A stretch of 64,000 nt of DNA. Source: a virus (taxonomy: Duplodnaviria > Heunggongvirae > Uroviricota > Caudoviricetes). The notes beneath the pieces were generated by a model. That model saw only the letters and a program-made list of their open reading frames with translations, made no database searches and was not told the DNA's origin. Position 1 is the first letter of the stretch, and every line of letters begins with the position of its first letter. The stretch is taken from positions 307,105 through 371,104 of IMG/VR virus record IMGVR_UViG_3300042256_000013. One strand, 5' to 3'. This document shows positions 42,738-52,538 of the stretch, piece by piece. Made by a program: the position numbers and the translations under genes.

Positions 42738-43664
42738 TTAGAAATTACCTTCCGCGACAGCAAACACTTTCAACTTCAAAAGTTTACGCCACATTTCCAC
42801 AACTTTTTGCCTGTCATCGTAAACTTTTTTCACATCGAAATTATTGAAGACATGTTCCATATACAGTTCGTACTTCACAATGTCGTCTGAACGGCTGTCA
42901 TCTGCACCACGCATGAAGATATGATCGTATGGAATCAAATATGTCTGAAGCCATTTTTCAGTTTCTTCTTTACAGGTTTCATGACGACCACTCATGATGA
43001 TCACTGTACGACCAAGATAGTTCTTTTCTGCCAGTACTGACAGAATTACTTCTGCGTCTGGATCATCGACAGATACTTTCGTTTCTTCGTATGGACCACG
43101 TTTACCATTCATATGAGCCAAAGTACCGTCAATATCAACAACGATGGCTTCAGGAAGATTAGTATTCGTTGGTACTGGAGCAGTGAAAGAACTGTAGAAG
43201 TACTTTTCTGCCATACCATCGATCACTTCTTCCGGTACTGATTTTTCACGAAGCAGGTTACGTTCCTTACACAGTTTAACGTACTCCTTAACTGCAAAGA
43301 ACTCGTGAATGAAAGTTTTACCTTTCTTGAATTCTTCAAAGAAGTTTTGTTCTTTGTAAGTATAGCCCTGCTCTTTTGCGAACTCTTTCCACTTCTCACG
43401 AACGGAAGGGTTCAGACCAGTGTCGGCAACAATGATGTTCCACTTGTTAGCTGCTGCATGTACCGCTGCACTGTACTGAGCGTTTTGCACGTACTGTTCG
43501 TTGTCTTTGCGGAACTTGTAGTTACTATGGGAACCAGCCATTGTTTGGCGAATGTCATCAAGGTTTACAATAACAGTCTTTGACCGTGCTGATTTCACTT
43601 GTTCATTCGCCCAGGTAGTTTTACCGCAACCCGGCAATCCGATTGTTACTGTTACTTGTGGCAT
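42738..43664 (-). CDS. pseT: Polynucleotide 5'-kinase / 3'-phosphatase (T4 PseT-like)
   Basis: GLPGCGKTT, NLDDIR, DIDGTLA, SGRH, YDDR. Confidence 0.95.
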   Translation of the reverse strand: MPQVTVTIGLPGCGKTTWANEQVKSARSKTVIVNLDDIRQTMAGSHSNYKFRKDNEQYVQNAQYSAAVHAAANKWNIIVADTGLNPSVREKWKEFAKEQGYTYKEQNFFEEFKKGKTFIHEFFAVKEYVKLCKERNLLREKSVPEEVIDGMAEKYFYSSFTAPVPTNTNLPEAIVVDIDGTLAHMNGKRGPYEETKVSVDDPDAEVILSVLAEKNYLGRTVIIMSGRHETCKEETEKWLQTYLIPYDHIFMRGADDSRSDDIVKYELYMEHVFNNFDVKKVYDDRQKVVEMWRKLLKLKVFAVAEGNF

Positions 43665-44378
43665 TTTCTTTTCCTATTCCAAATTTATCAGAGAAAATTT
43701 TCAATACATGTTCAGACAAACGAATACTCGCTGAGTCCTCGCGAGAACTGTATTTCAACGGTGTCCATTCTAACCCATTTGAATCGAGAAAGTCAAGCCC
43801 TCGGAAGTAATCTTTTAACGAATTAAATTTGATTACGGTCATATCCTGGACGATGCTATGTTGCACTTGTACTTTCATGTGATTCTCCTTTAGATTATAA
43901 TGTACTTGTCATGGTACTTCATCGTCAAATTGAAGAATGCTCCTTCGTCGAAGTAGAATTCCCTATCGACAATAAAGGCCACGTCACCTATATTTCTTAC
44001 ATAGTCCAGCATCTCCTGCATAGTATATGCGGGTAGATCTGTATATGATATAACTGAAAATTCCTGATCTCGGTATAGTACTTTAGCCGTTTGTAATGTT
44101 GTTTGATTACTCACGAGCATATCTTCCTAAATCATAAATTTTTGATTTTTTGTTTTTGGGCTTACGATCCTTCTTATACGCAGTTGAACTAACTCCAAAA
44201 GTATTTTTAAGACGCTTAGCAGATTTCTGAACCCCTTTCCTTGAGCGTTCAGACTGAACAGCGTCTATCTCTTGTAGTATTCTTCTATGTTCTTCAGGAG
44301 TTCGTACTTCGCCCTTTGTTGCTTTATACTTTGGTTTAGCCATCACTACTCCTTGTGGTAGGCTATTTAGAAGTACTG

Positions 44379-45527
44379 TTAGAAGTCGAAATCCTTCAGT
44401 ACTTCTTTCATGTATTTCAGCATCACACCCTTGTAATCAACAGGACGTTGTTGATACAGGCTGAACGCAATACCCGGCTTACCAAGTTCGTTAGGCAGAA
44501 CCTTCTGAACCTGCAATGCGTAGTCCTTACGTTCGAGATGCTTGTTCTGATCGTAAAACGCTTCACTTTCAGTGACTAATGCATTATAGCACGAAAATAC
44601 AAGCTGTTCCATTTTTTCAATCTTTTTCATTGCGTACACGTCAGTACTGAACATCTGTTTCAGGTCATCAGATGCACCTTGTACTACAGTTTCGTACAAG
44701 CGTGAATCAACGTTGATGCCATCCTTAGTAAAGTGCAGAGCACAATACCAGTCAGTTTTAATTTTGCACATACGACCATCTTTCAGGATCAGTACGTACC
44801 CTTCAATGTCTGTCATTGCACGACATGCATCAATACTTTCGAACAATGTTTCTTTCATTGGGAAAGTTGAATCAATTTCACCGTACTTCTCAAATACAGA
44901 ACGACTGTACAGATAAGGTGAAATTTCTTTCAAACGTTCACCGACAATAAGTTCACCAGTTTCACGATTACGAAGGTTCAGTACTGTTAAACCTTCTTCC
45001 TGATATGGAAGAACAATACGGAATTCTGGCGATGTATATTCGAGGTTCACAGTAAAGCCATTTGCCTCTACAAAGAAGATCTCATTCAGCAGTACTTTAT
45101 CTGCGTGAATCATCGCAGTACTGTTAATCGCATGGTCAGAATTCAAAGACGCATGAGACTTAGTACGAATATTGAAATCAACATCCATAAAAGTACTGAT
45201 GATAGAACCATCCAGTTTATCCATTACTACTGCGATTTCAGTACTTAAAGTACTCTTATCGAACATAGTGAATGGGTTCTCGTATGCGTTGAAGAACTTC
45301 ATTGGTGTACGAGAAGCACACGAAATGAAATTACCTTCTTCGTCAATACGGAACATTGAACCACGACATTCCAGAGCATTAGGCTCAAGGAAATCTGAAT
45401 AACTTGCCAAACGATATGAGAAAATACGGAAGATACCGCCACCAACAGAGGTGAAGTCTTTCCACATAAACGCTTCGTTCTTAGCGGTTAAGGCCATCAG
45501 ATCTTTAAAAATAGTTTCAGTACTCAT
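44379..45527 (-). CDS. rnlA: RNA ligase 1 (T4 RnlA-like)
   Basis: FSYRLASYSDF, ALECRG, KFFN, DKLDGS, EGYV, KIKTDWY. Confidence 0.93.
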   Translation of the reverse strand: MSTETIFKDLMALTAKNEAFMWKDFTSVGGGIFRIFSYRLASYSDFLEPNALECRGSMFRIDEEGNFISCASRTPMKFFNAYENPFTMFDKSTLSTEIAVVMDKLDGSIISTFMDVDFNIRTKSHASLNSDHAINSTAMIHADKVLLNEIFFVEANGFTVNLEYTSPEFRIVLPYQEEGLTVLNLRNRETGELIVGERLKEISPYLYSRSVFEKYGEIDSTFPMKETLFESIDACRAMTDIEGYVLILKDGRMCKIKTDWYCALHFTKDGINVDSRLYETVVQGASDDLKQMFSTDVYAMKKIEKMEQLVFSCYNALVTESEAFYDQNKHLERKDYALQVQKVLPNELGKPGIAFSLYQQRPVDYKGVMLKYMKEVLKDFDF

Positions 45528-45560
45528 TTCGTTAAATCCTCATTAATTATGTAATGTGAA

Positions 45561-45589
45561 AGCATACCATAAAGGTTTTCTGCTGTCAA
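45561..45589 (-). promoter_or_regulatory. Sigma70 promoter for the rnlA-pseT operon
   Basis: TTGACA-N17-TATGCT. Confidence 0.75.
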
Positions 45590-45590
45590 A

Positions 45591-46490
45591 TCAATATTCG
45601 CAGGTGTCGTCAATATTTTTCTGAAGGTCATATTTGTACATGCGTACTTTGAGCATCAGATCAGCAGGATAATGATAACATATTCCGTTATCATGACGCA
45701 AGTACACCATTTCAATATCACGCCCATAACGATTATAATTCGTTCTGAGTAAACGTTGTTCTGGCTTTTCATATGTTAATGTATAAAGTACTTCACCAGA
45801 TGGCTTTTGTACAATTGTACCTTCTTCAATTCTACCAGCAGGAACAAGTACTGTAACGTAATCTATTCCGGTTAAATCAATCATCATCGTCTTCCTGAGA
45901 AATATGAATAAAGAATATTACATCTTCAGGATCAAGAGTTACTATGAACTGATCTGTTTCATTTGCAATTTCAATAAATGGCTTATTCTGATTTTGACTA
46001 ATCAAAAATACTGATCCTTCAGTACAATGAATATCTTCACCATTTGGACCATGTATTTTAATATTACGAGTTAATTTATACTCAACATCAGAACCAGGTT
46101 TTGAAACCGTAGTATTATTTTGAATATACTTTGCTTCAATTTGGATTTTTATTTCTTGAACATTTTTGGGTAATTTAATACTCATTTGTCATCCCACATT
46201 AGTACATCATATAAGTCATGATATAAATCTTCTGAACTTAAATGAACCATTAATTCAGTACTTTCAGAAATCATATTAATGTTTCCATGTTCATCAATTA
46301 AGAAAACATTATCGACTTCACATTGTATTTCTTGTTGATTCTCTCCGTAGATTTTAATACTTCTACGTAATGTATATTTCTGTTTACCATTGAGTTTAGT
46401 TACGGTAGCACCATCTAAAATGTATTTTGCTCCCAATAATACTCTCATGTTACCAGACATATATCTTACATTTATTACACTTGTAGACAT
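45591..46490 (-). CDS. Three tandem paralogous ~100-aa proteins
   Basis: AGRIEEGTIVQKPSGEVLYTL / AKYIQNNTTVSKPGSDVEYKL / AKYILDGATVTKLNGKQKYTL. Confidence 0.7.
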
Positions 46491-46529
46491 TTATTTTCCT
46501 TAAAGAAAGCCCCAGTCAAGGGGCAAACA

Positions 46530-47261
46530 TTAGAATAGTTGAACCATACTCATCAGTACTGAATCATCAGGCCGTGAATATGATTGTTTTTGAATTTTGA
46601 AATAGAATGAATCTGCATCATCTAAACAATAACGCTTCTTCAAACATCTCGTATAAGTTGAATTGTTTGGGTGAACCCATTCATAAACCTGAATTCCTTC
46701 AGTGTTATATCCAACTATACTTGTACGGTTCCCCTCATGTCTATTGAAGTTCTTACTACGTTCAGTGAAGTACTTCACTTCAACCATAGTTGGTTCTTCA
46801 TATACATAAGGCATTTCAGTAAGACGGAAGTAATAATGTGATTCATCCTCTGAATAACCCACTAAGATAGTCTCTGTTGTAGAAACTCCATAATGTTCTA
46901 AACTTTTAGATTCATTATCTTTTATATCCTGAAGTACCTCTCTTAGTACTTCAACTGGATCACCATTTGGATTGGTTACTCCAGAAATCCTACGTTCAAT
47001 AATAGGATCTGTATAACGCCTTTCTTCCTGAACTACACCGTTCATGAAATGTGCTACGAACTCATCCTTATATGTTTTTACTGAGTATTGTGTACTGTTT
47101 AAAGTACTGAATACATCTGCTAACATATTAGCTTGTCCACACTGTACACCATCTACACTTCCAGCAGTTGCGTATTCTGCCATAACGGAAGTCAATGTTT
47201 GAAAGTTCGACATGTTGAGTTCATTAGCCATTTCTGTTGCAAATTTAATACGATCAATCAT
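46530..47261 (-). CDS. Hypothetical protein
   Basis: ORF with SD. Confidence 0.6.
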   Translation of the reverse strand: MIDRIKFATEMANELNMSNFQTLTSVMAEYATAGSVDGVQCGQANMLADVFSTLNSTQYSVKTYKDEFVAHFMNGVVQEERRYTDPIIERRISGVTNPNGDPVEVLREVLQDIKDNESKSLEHYGVSTTETILVGYSEDESHYYFRLTEMPYVYEEPTMVEVKYFTERSKNFNRHEGNRTSIVGYNTEGIQVYEWVHPNNSTYTRCLKKRYCLDDADSFYFKIQKQSYSRPDDSVLMSMVQLF

Positions 47262-47307
47262 CGCTCCACACTCCTTGTGAATAAATCTGCTTGTACTCCC
47301 TTAAAAT

Positions 47308-48420
47308 TTACTTTTGTTTAATACCTATTACTCGCATTTTTCCTTTAGCCATATAATCTGATGTTCCACGCGTAACTACTACATCATTTTCCATTTGTAG
47401 TAAAGCGTAAACCCTTGTAGAACTAAACCTCCAAGGATGACAGACGTCAGGTGTATAATCAATAAACATACCATTATTTTTAATATCATCAGTTTTAACA
47501 TCAACTGCTGTACCATCAACCGGGAATAAAATTCCAGTACGTTCATCTCGGTAATAATCCTTACCGTTAACTATATCTTTCGACAAGAACTGGTAAACAA
47601 TGTTTTGTCCTTCAAATGGATTACCCGCTATATAGAACATAATCTGTTCAAAGTTGGGAGCAATAATTTGAGTCTCAGGTAATTCATATACCTTATCAAG
47701 CATATCCAATGCAGCTTCCATTGTAAATGGAATTGTTTTGTCAAATATTTCAGACACATCAACACCATAGAACCCACTTAGCTGATCAATAAGCTTTTCC
47801 CATGAATCAAGATTTAACATACTACAAGTTAATCCAATCTTGAACATTTCTTTACGGTTAATAGAATAACCACGTTCAATATATTTCTGAACACGTAAAG
47901 TACTCATAATAGGATAACGAGTTTTTTCGTTGAATGTTAAACGTCTTGCAGCTACACTTTCAAGGAAATATTTGTGAAGTACAAAATTATTAGTACTGAA
48001 ATCATAAGCACCCATATTAATATGGAAGTCATAACTTTCAAATATCTCATGTGCATCTTTGAAGTATGCAAAATGAATTAACTGAATTGTATTACCATTT
48101 TGAGTGAAGGTGATACTACGGGCAGTTTGACACTTACAAGTAATATTAAAGGATTTCACAAATGGTACTTTTTGTTCTTCTGATAAGATGAACAGATCTT
48201 CTTTGTTCTCAGGTTTTCCATAGTTTTTATATGCATTACGAATGAATACGACCATATCTTCCTTAGAACGGAAATAAATGTCGAAGTCATTAATTTGAGA
48301 TTGACTAAACAAAGAAGTGATACTACCACCAGCGATGATGGCATTTGTTTTTGTTAGAAGTGAAACCATATCTTCTCCGAGAATACGGAGAAGAATAGTC
48401 TTATATCGTTCGTATTGCAT
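47308..48420 (-). CDS. Nucleotidyltransferase of the CCA-adding/poly(A) polymerase head-domain type
   Basis: IIAGGSITSL...NDFDIYF, IQLI, YDFHIN, RVQKYIERGY. Confidence 0.7.
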   Translation of the reverse strand: MQYERYKTILLRILGEDMVSLLTKTNAIIAGGSITSLFSQSQINDFDIYFRSKEDMVVFIRNAYKNYGKPENKEDLFILSEEQKVPFVKSFNITCKCQTARSITFTQNGNTIQLIHFAYFKDAHEIFESYDFHINMGAYDFSTNNFVLHKYFLESVAARRLTFNEKTRYPIMSTLRVQKYIERGYSINRKEMFKIGLTCSMLNLDSWEKLIDQLSGFYGVDVSEIFDKTIPFTMEAALDMLDKVYELPETQIIAPNFEQIMFYIAGNPFEGQNIVYQFLSKDIVNGKDYYRDERTGILFPVDGTAVDVKTDDIKNNGMFIDYTPDVCHPWRFSSTRVYALLQMENDVVVTRGTSDYMAKGKMRVIGIKQK

Positions 48421-49133
48421 TAATTCCCTTTGAGGCGATTTATCAGTTCTGATGCTGTTAAAGTTTTCTTACTTTCTGATACCTGTACATCGATAATGGA
48501 CAGGAATTTACGAATAGTACTGACTTGAGTCATTAACATGAATTTCAGTACTTCATATACTTCACGTTGATTGAAGTTGCTTTTTGCTTTATGCATCATA
48601 TCAAGGAAGTATTTTTCTACTTCGTTACAGTACTCTGCAAGTTTCTCATTGTTGAAAACACCTACAGCAGTACTTAGATTATGAATACGGTCGATAAGTT
48701 TAACTACTGAGCATACTTCACATTGAGATATACGGTCGAAATAACTATAGTATTTGTCAATGTCGTCATCTTCTTCAAATCCAAGTACATGATCTGTAAA
48801 TTTAGCTAACCGATGACTATATTGAACAGCATCCGGGAACATTTCTTGAAGTTCAGGTTGTGTTTCTGGATAGTCCTCAATGGTATCATGAACAATGATA
48901 GCCATATAAACTGAATAAGGATCAATTAAAGAGTTATGTAAACTCAATGCAAGTGATAGCATTTCTAATTGATGTGAGAATTCAGGAGTACCATCGCGGC
49001 GTTTATTACTATGTACACCTTCAGCGTACACAATAGCTCGCCGCACGTTAAAGAAACGTTCATCCGACAGAGTTAATCCTTCAATAATGCCAAGGATTTT
49101 AGTACGAAGTTTTGTATATTCAGTCTTTTCCAT
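48420..49133 (-). CDS. HD-domain hydrolase, SpoT/Mesh1-like (candidate (p)ppGpp hydrolase)
   Basis: AEGVHSNKRRDGTPEFSH, VHDTIED, VKLIDRIHNL. Confidence 0.8.
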   Translation of the reverse strand: MEKTEYTKLRTKILGIIEGLTLSDERFFNVRRAIVYAEGVHSNKRRDGTPEFSHQLEMLSLALSLHNSLIDPYSVYMAIIVHDTIEDYPETQPELQEMFPDAVQYSHRLAKFTDHVLGFEEDDDIDKYYSYFDRISQCEVCSVVKLIDRIHNLSTAVGVFNNEKLAEYCNEVEKYFLDMMHKAKSNFNQREVYEVLKFMLMTQVSTIRKFLSIIDVQVSESKKTLTASELINRLKGN

Positions 49134-49913
49134 CTTTATTCTCCTTGTTAAACATATCTTTAATAAAGTTTTTCAAATCATCAGCTTGTGCACTTAAAAT
49201 ATCCATAAGTTCATTAACTGATTTGTCCTTGAATTGATCCAAGTACTCACGATCTTCTTTTTTATGATCACGCATAGTGATTCTCCAATGAAAAGAGCGG
49301 TAGATACCCGCTCATATATTACTTATGTCCACCTTCAATATCATCAAGATTCAATACATCCACCTTTGGATGACTGAAACCTTCGAAGATAAATCCGTTG
49401 CCTTGTCCAGTAATCATCAGTACGAAATTCTCTGATGGTGTAAATTCTGGTTCTTCACCGATTTGTTCTTTAATCTTTTTCTTTATTTTTGATACAGCTT
49501 CATCAAAAGCTGAAGGATTAACAAAATCCATCACGAAGTGTGCAAATTCCCCGTCACGATCACCCAACGTACAATTCAATTGCTGACCACATCCCACGCG
49601 TACCCATACATCCGAACCAATGGTTGATTTAGCATAATTATAGACAGCACTAATCACTTCATGGTTACGTTCAATCATGAGATCGCGGGCGTCAAGACAA
49701 TCTAAAATGTAAGATACATCAGAATCGATTTCATAGTCACCCATATCATCGATAGTGTACTGTACATTATCATGATATAGACTGTACATGTAATCACCAT
49801 CTTTCCAATTTCCTCGTACTTTACGAGGAATAATACCCATGCGTAAATATTTCGCAAATGTTTTAGTCATAAGGCTTTGTGGCATTGTAATTTCCTTTTA
49901 GTATGAAAATTTC

Positions 49914-49942
49914 ATCCTACACCCCTCCAACGAGGCTGTCAA
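49914..49942 (-). promoter_or_regulatory. Sigma70 promoter
   Basis: TTGACA-N17-TAGGAT upstream of 49319..49885. Confidence 0.6.
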
Positions 49943-50203
49943 GGAAAATTTGTACCTCATCAGCATTTAAAGAATCAGTGCACAAAAATTCCATCAATCC
50001 AGGTAGTACTGAGAACATATCAGAGAATGCCTGTACCTCATCGTGCTTGAAAGAAAAGCCCATAGGTATAACTTGTGCCATCCATTCATTTGATGTTCTA
50101 TGAGCCGTTACAGCCATCAAAACACGGTCATTATACTCAACCGATACATGTCTGTAGCCAGTATTCTCATTTTCATCCCAAAACATTCTGTTCATTTTGT
50201 AGA

Positions 50204-50740
50204 TCATTTTACACCCATAATTTGGCAAATTTCGTTAAAGTACTTTTTGTTCTTACCAAATGAACCACATGGCATAAGTGAACAAAATTCACCAAAGTCT
50301 TTGTTCATAATGGACTTGCGAACATTAGTACTGCTAAATTTATTGTCATCTCTTTGACCTGCACATACCGAAGTAATGCTATCAAAGGTATACAACAATC
50401 CATTGTACTTTTCAAGTAGTTTTTGAAATTCAAATGACCTATCTGAACCACTTACAATAATAATATCACTATACGATTCATCAAGTTCTTCAAGTATACC
50501 AAACAAAGTACTGCTATGTTCTTCCTGAATATATTGTGCTGTCCAAGGGTAATATTCTTCTATCATATCTAATTTGAATTCATATGGAAGGATATTATCT
50601 TTACCTTCAGATGTACTAGCATATATTTTAAGTTCAGAATATGGATTACTTTGATGAATGTCTAATGCTGTATGCAAAAGTTTACCATGACCTTGATGGA
50701 CGGGATTGAACCGTCCAAATGTAATTACGCATGTTTTCAT
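50204..50740 (-). CDS. HxGH nucleotidyltransferase (cytidylyl/adenylyltransferase)
   Basis: TFGRFNPVHQGH, GSDR, AGQR, SSTNVR. Confidence 0.85.
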   Translation of the reverse strand: MKTCVITFGRFNPVHQGHGKLLHTALDIHQSNPYSELKIYASTSEGKDNILPYEFKLDMIEEYYPWTAQYIQEEHSSTLFGILEELDESYSDIIIVSGSDRSFEFQKLLEKYNGLLYTFDSITSVCAGQRDDNKFSSTNVRKSIMNKDFGEFCSLMPCGSFGKNKKYFNEICQIMGVK

Positions 50741-50743
50741 ATG

Positions 50744-51292
50744 TTACTCAGTATATGGTTGAACTACAAAGCCAAGACTTTTTAGTACTTCAATTTTTTC
50801 TTCAGTAAGATTATTATCATATATTACCAACATACTTGGGAATGGTGCACCACTTTTCTTATGTGAACCATCTTCAGTCCATGAAGGTAAACTACGGTTA
50901 TCGAATTTTAAACGACCTTTAACAAAACATACAGCACTTGCAGAAGTAGCTACGTACTTATGAAAATACGAAGTATCTGTACGTGCTGGAGGCAGAGCTA
51001 CTATAGTAGTACCGTTTGTGGTAAATTCTTCATGCATCTTTTTGAACCATTTACCTATTTGCCTACCGTAAGGGGGGTTCACCCACACAGTTTCACCTTC
51101 CCACGAATGTGCAAGGCCGTCTGTTTCAGGGGTGTAGTACTTCTCACATTTTGCTGTATCATCCATAGCAGCAGGATCAAGTGTGAAGTTCCATACAGAA
51201 TTTAGCTTTTCATAAAAATCATCTGGAGTATCCCAGGTGTTTGATGCTGAACTAAAGTGTACGGATGGTGTATTGTTGTTTTCTTCTTCCAT
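50744..51292 (-). CDS. Phage Dam-type DNA N6-adenine methyltransferase
   Basis: WDTP, FTLDPAA, DGL, WVNPPYG, PARTDT, GRLKF, APFPS. Confidence 0.9.
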   Translation of the reverse strand: MEEENNNTPSVHFSSASNTWDTPDDFYEKLNSVWNFTLDPAAMDDTAKCEKYYTPETDGLAHSWEGETVWVNPPYGRQIGKWFKKMHEEFTTNGTTIVALPPARTDTSYFHKYVATSASAVCFVKGRLKFDNRSLPSWTEDGSHKKSGAPFPSMLVIYDNNLTEEKIEVLKSLGFVVQPYTE

Positions 51293-51307
51293 GAAGAGTT
51301 CCTTATG

Positions 51308-51835
51308 TTATAAACTACTATAACAGTACTGAGTAATATAATCGAAGTCAGTACTCTTTCTTCCTGATTCATCAACGAACCTAAAATAATGACCATACTT
51401 AGCCATTATATTAAACATCTCGTCCTCTCGGAATTCGTAGTACTTGAAATTAGAAATATCATCCTGATACCCAATGAATTGAATTATTTCATTAGTAACA
51501 TCAACTCCGTTGTTAAAATATTTTCTATCAAGCAATTCTCCTTGAGCAGTGTACCTTATGTATTCACCATAAAGTTGACCATCAAATCTGAATGAAATAT
51601 TACTTACGCGATTATTATTGTACCGTTCTTCTATGTGTCCATTGTATTCAACCATGTGAATAGTTGGTGTTAGTGTTGGTCTGTAATCTATTTTTGCAAG
51701 TACTTCATTGTACCGCATCTCAGTCACTTTACTAATCTTATTATGGTCTATCTGAATTCTATAACCATCAAAACTATTCAAATCTACGGAATCCATTAAG
51801 GTTCCAGTTGCCTTGCATTTATATACAATCTTCAT
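51308..51835 (-). CDS. Hypothetical protein with a MORN-variant-like repeat
   Basis: GQLYGEYIRYTAQGELLDRKYFNNG. Confidence 0.5.
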   Translation of the reverse strand: MKIVYKCKATGTLMDSVDLNSFDGYRIQIDHNKISKVTEMRYNEVLAKIDYRPTLTPTIHMVEYNGHIEERYNNNRVSNISFRFDGQLYGEYIRYTAQGELLDRKYFNNGVDVTNEIIQFIGYQDDISNFKYYEFREDEMFNIMAKYGHYFRFVDESGRKSTDFDYITQYCYSSL

Positions 51836-51850
51836 TTACATCTCACTATT

Positions 51851-52033
51851 TGAATCAGTACTTAGCTGATTCACATTATACAAGGAGACTACTTCGTAGC
51901 CTCCAGTAAATCTCTTCTGAACTTCACTTACGTTACGTTCTTTTGAGATTTACGTTCTCTTACTTAAAATACGTTCAGTACTATTACTGACGAGATTTGT
52001 TTTGTATTTTCATCCCCCGCAGGGGAATGAAAA
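51851..52033. repeat. Cluster of five short inverted repeats
   Basis: TGAATCAG/CTGATTCA; GGAGACTAC/GTAGCCTCC; GTAAATCTC/GAGATTTAC; TCAGTA/TACTGA; TTTTCATCCCC/GGGGAATGAAAA. Confidence 0.8.
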
Positions 52034-52061
52034 CTGACGATGATAGTCTTAGTATTATTGT

Positions 52062-52491
52062 ATTGAGAATTACTTTGCAGTACGGAAGCGGGTTGGTCTA
52101 TTTCTTCCTATCTCAGTTCTCCAACGGTCGAGGTCTTAGCTCGCATAGTACTTGTCTATACAATCAAACGAAGTACTTGATGTTATCAAATTTTGGACGC
52201 AACTATATTGTACAAAATTAGATACATCTCCCTTATAAAGTATGGTAAGGTGTATCCTTATATGTCTATCTAGGAAGTACGTCATTATTGTAGTACTTCT
52301 TTATACAGCCGCATTGCCGTGAGTGGTACAAACTATGCCAACATCTAACGGGTTTCTTTTGCTGTTCGTACTGAATGAACTACTCAACTGATATTCTACT
52401 TTTCGATTATCAGGGTCAAAACTATCCTTGTTCTCAAGGTCATTCAGAGTTTTTCTCAATTAAAAAAAGGACGGTGCTCTCGCATCGTCCT
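52062..52491 (+). ncRNA. Candidate large structured non-coding RNA
   Basis: Nested stems including a closing stem 52062-52077/52445-52460; mismatches read as G-U only on the plus strand; no credible ORF. Confidence 0.5.
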
Positions 52492-52494
52492 ATA

Positions 52495-52534
52495 CATTAT
52501 AGCACAAAAATTTAAAACGTTTCACCGTTTTAAA
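52495..52534 (-). promoter_or_regulatory. Extended -10 promoter whose -35 region lies in a perfect 9-bp inverted repeat
   Basis: TTTAAAACG-GTGAAA-CGTTTTAAA-TTTTTGTGCTATAATG. Confidence 0.7.
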
Positions 52535-52538
52535 CACG

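Noticed and set aside
51997-52221. 74-aa plus-strand ORF in the non-coding region
   Set aside because: TTG start, no SD, atypical composition, and it overlaps the hairpins.
52022-52491. tmRNA / RNase P / group II intron identity for the non-coding region (GGGGAATGAAAA start; AGCCG...GCCGTGAGTGG segment)
   Set aside because: No T-arm/CCA 3' end, no GAGGAAAGUCC-type P4 motif, and no complete domain V pairing.
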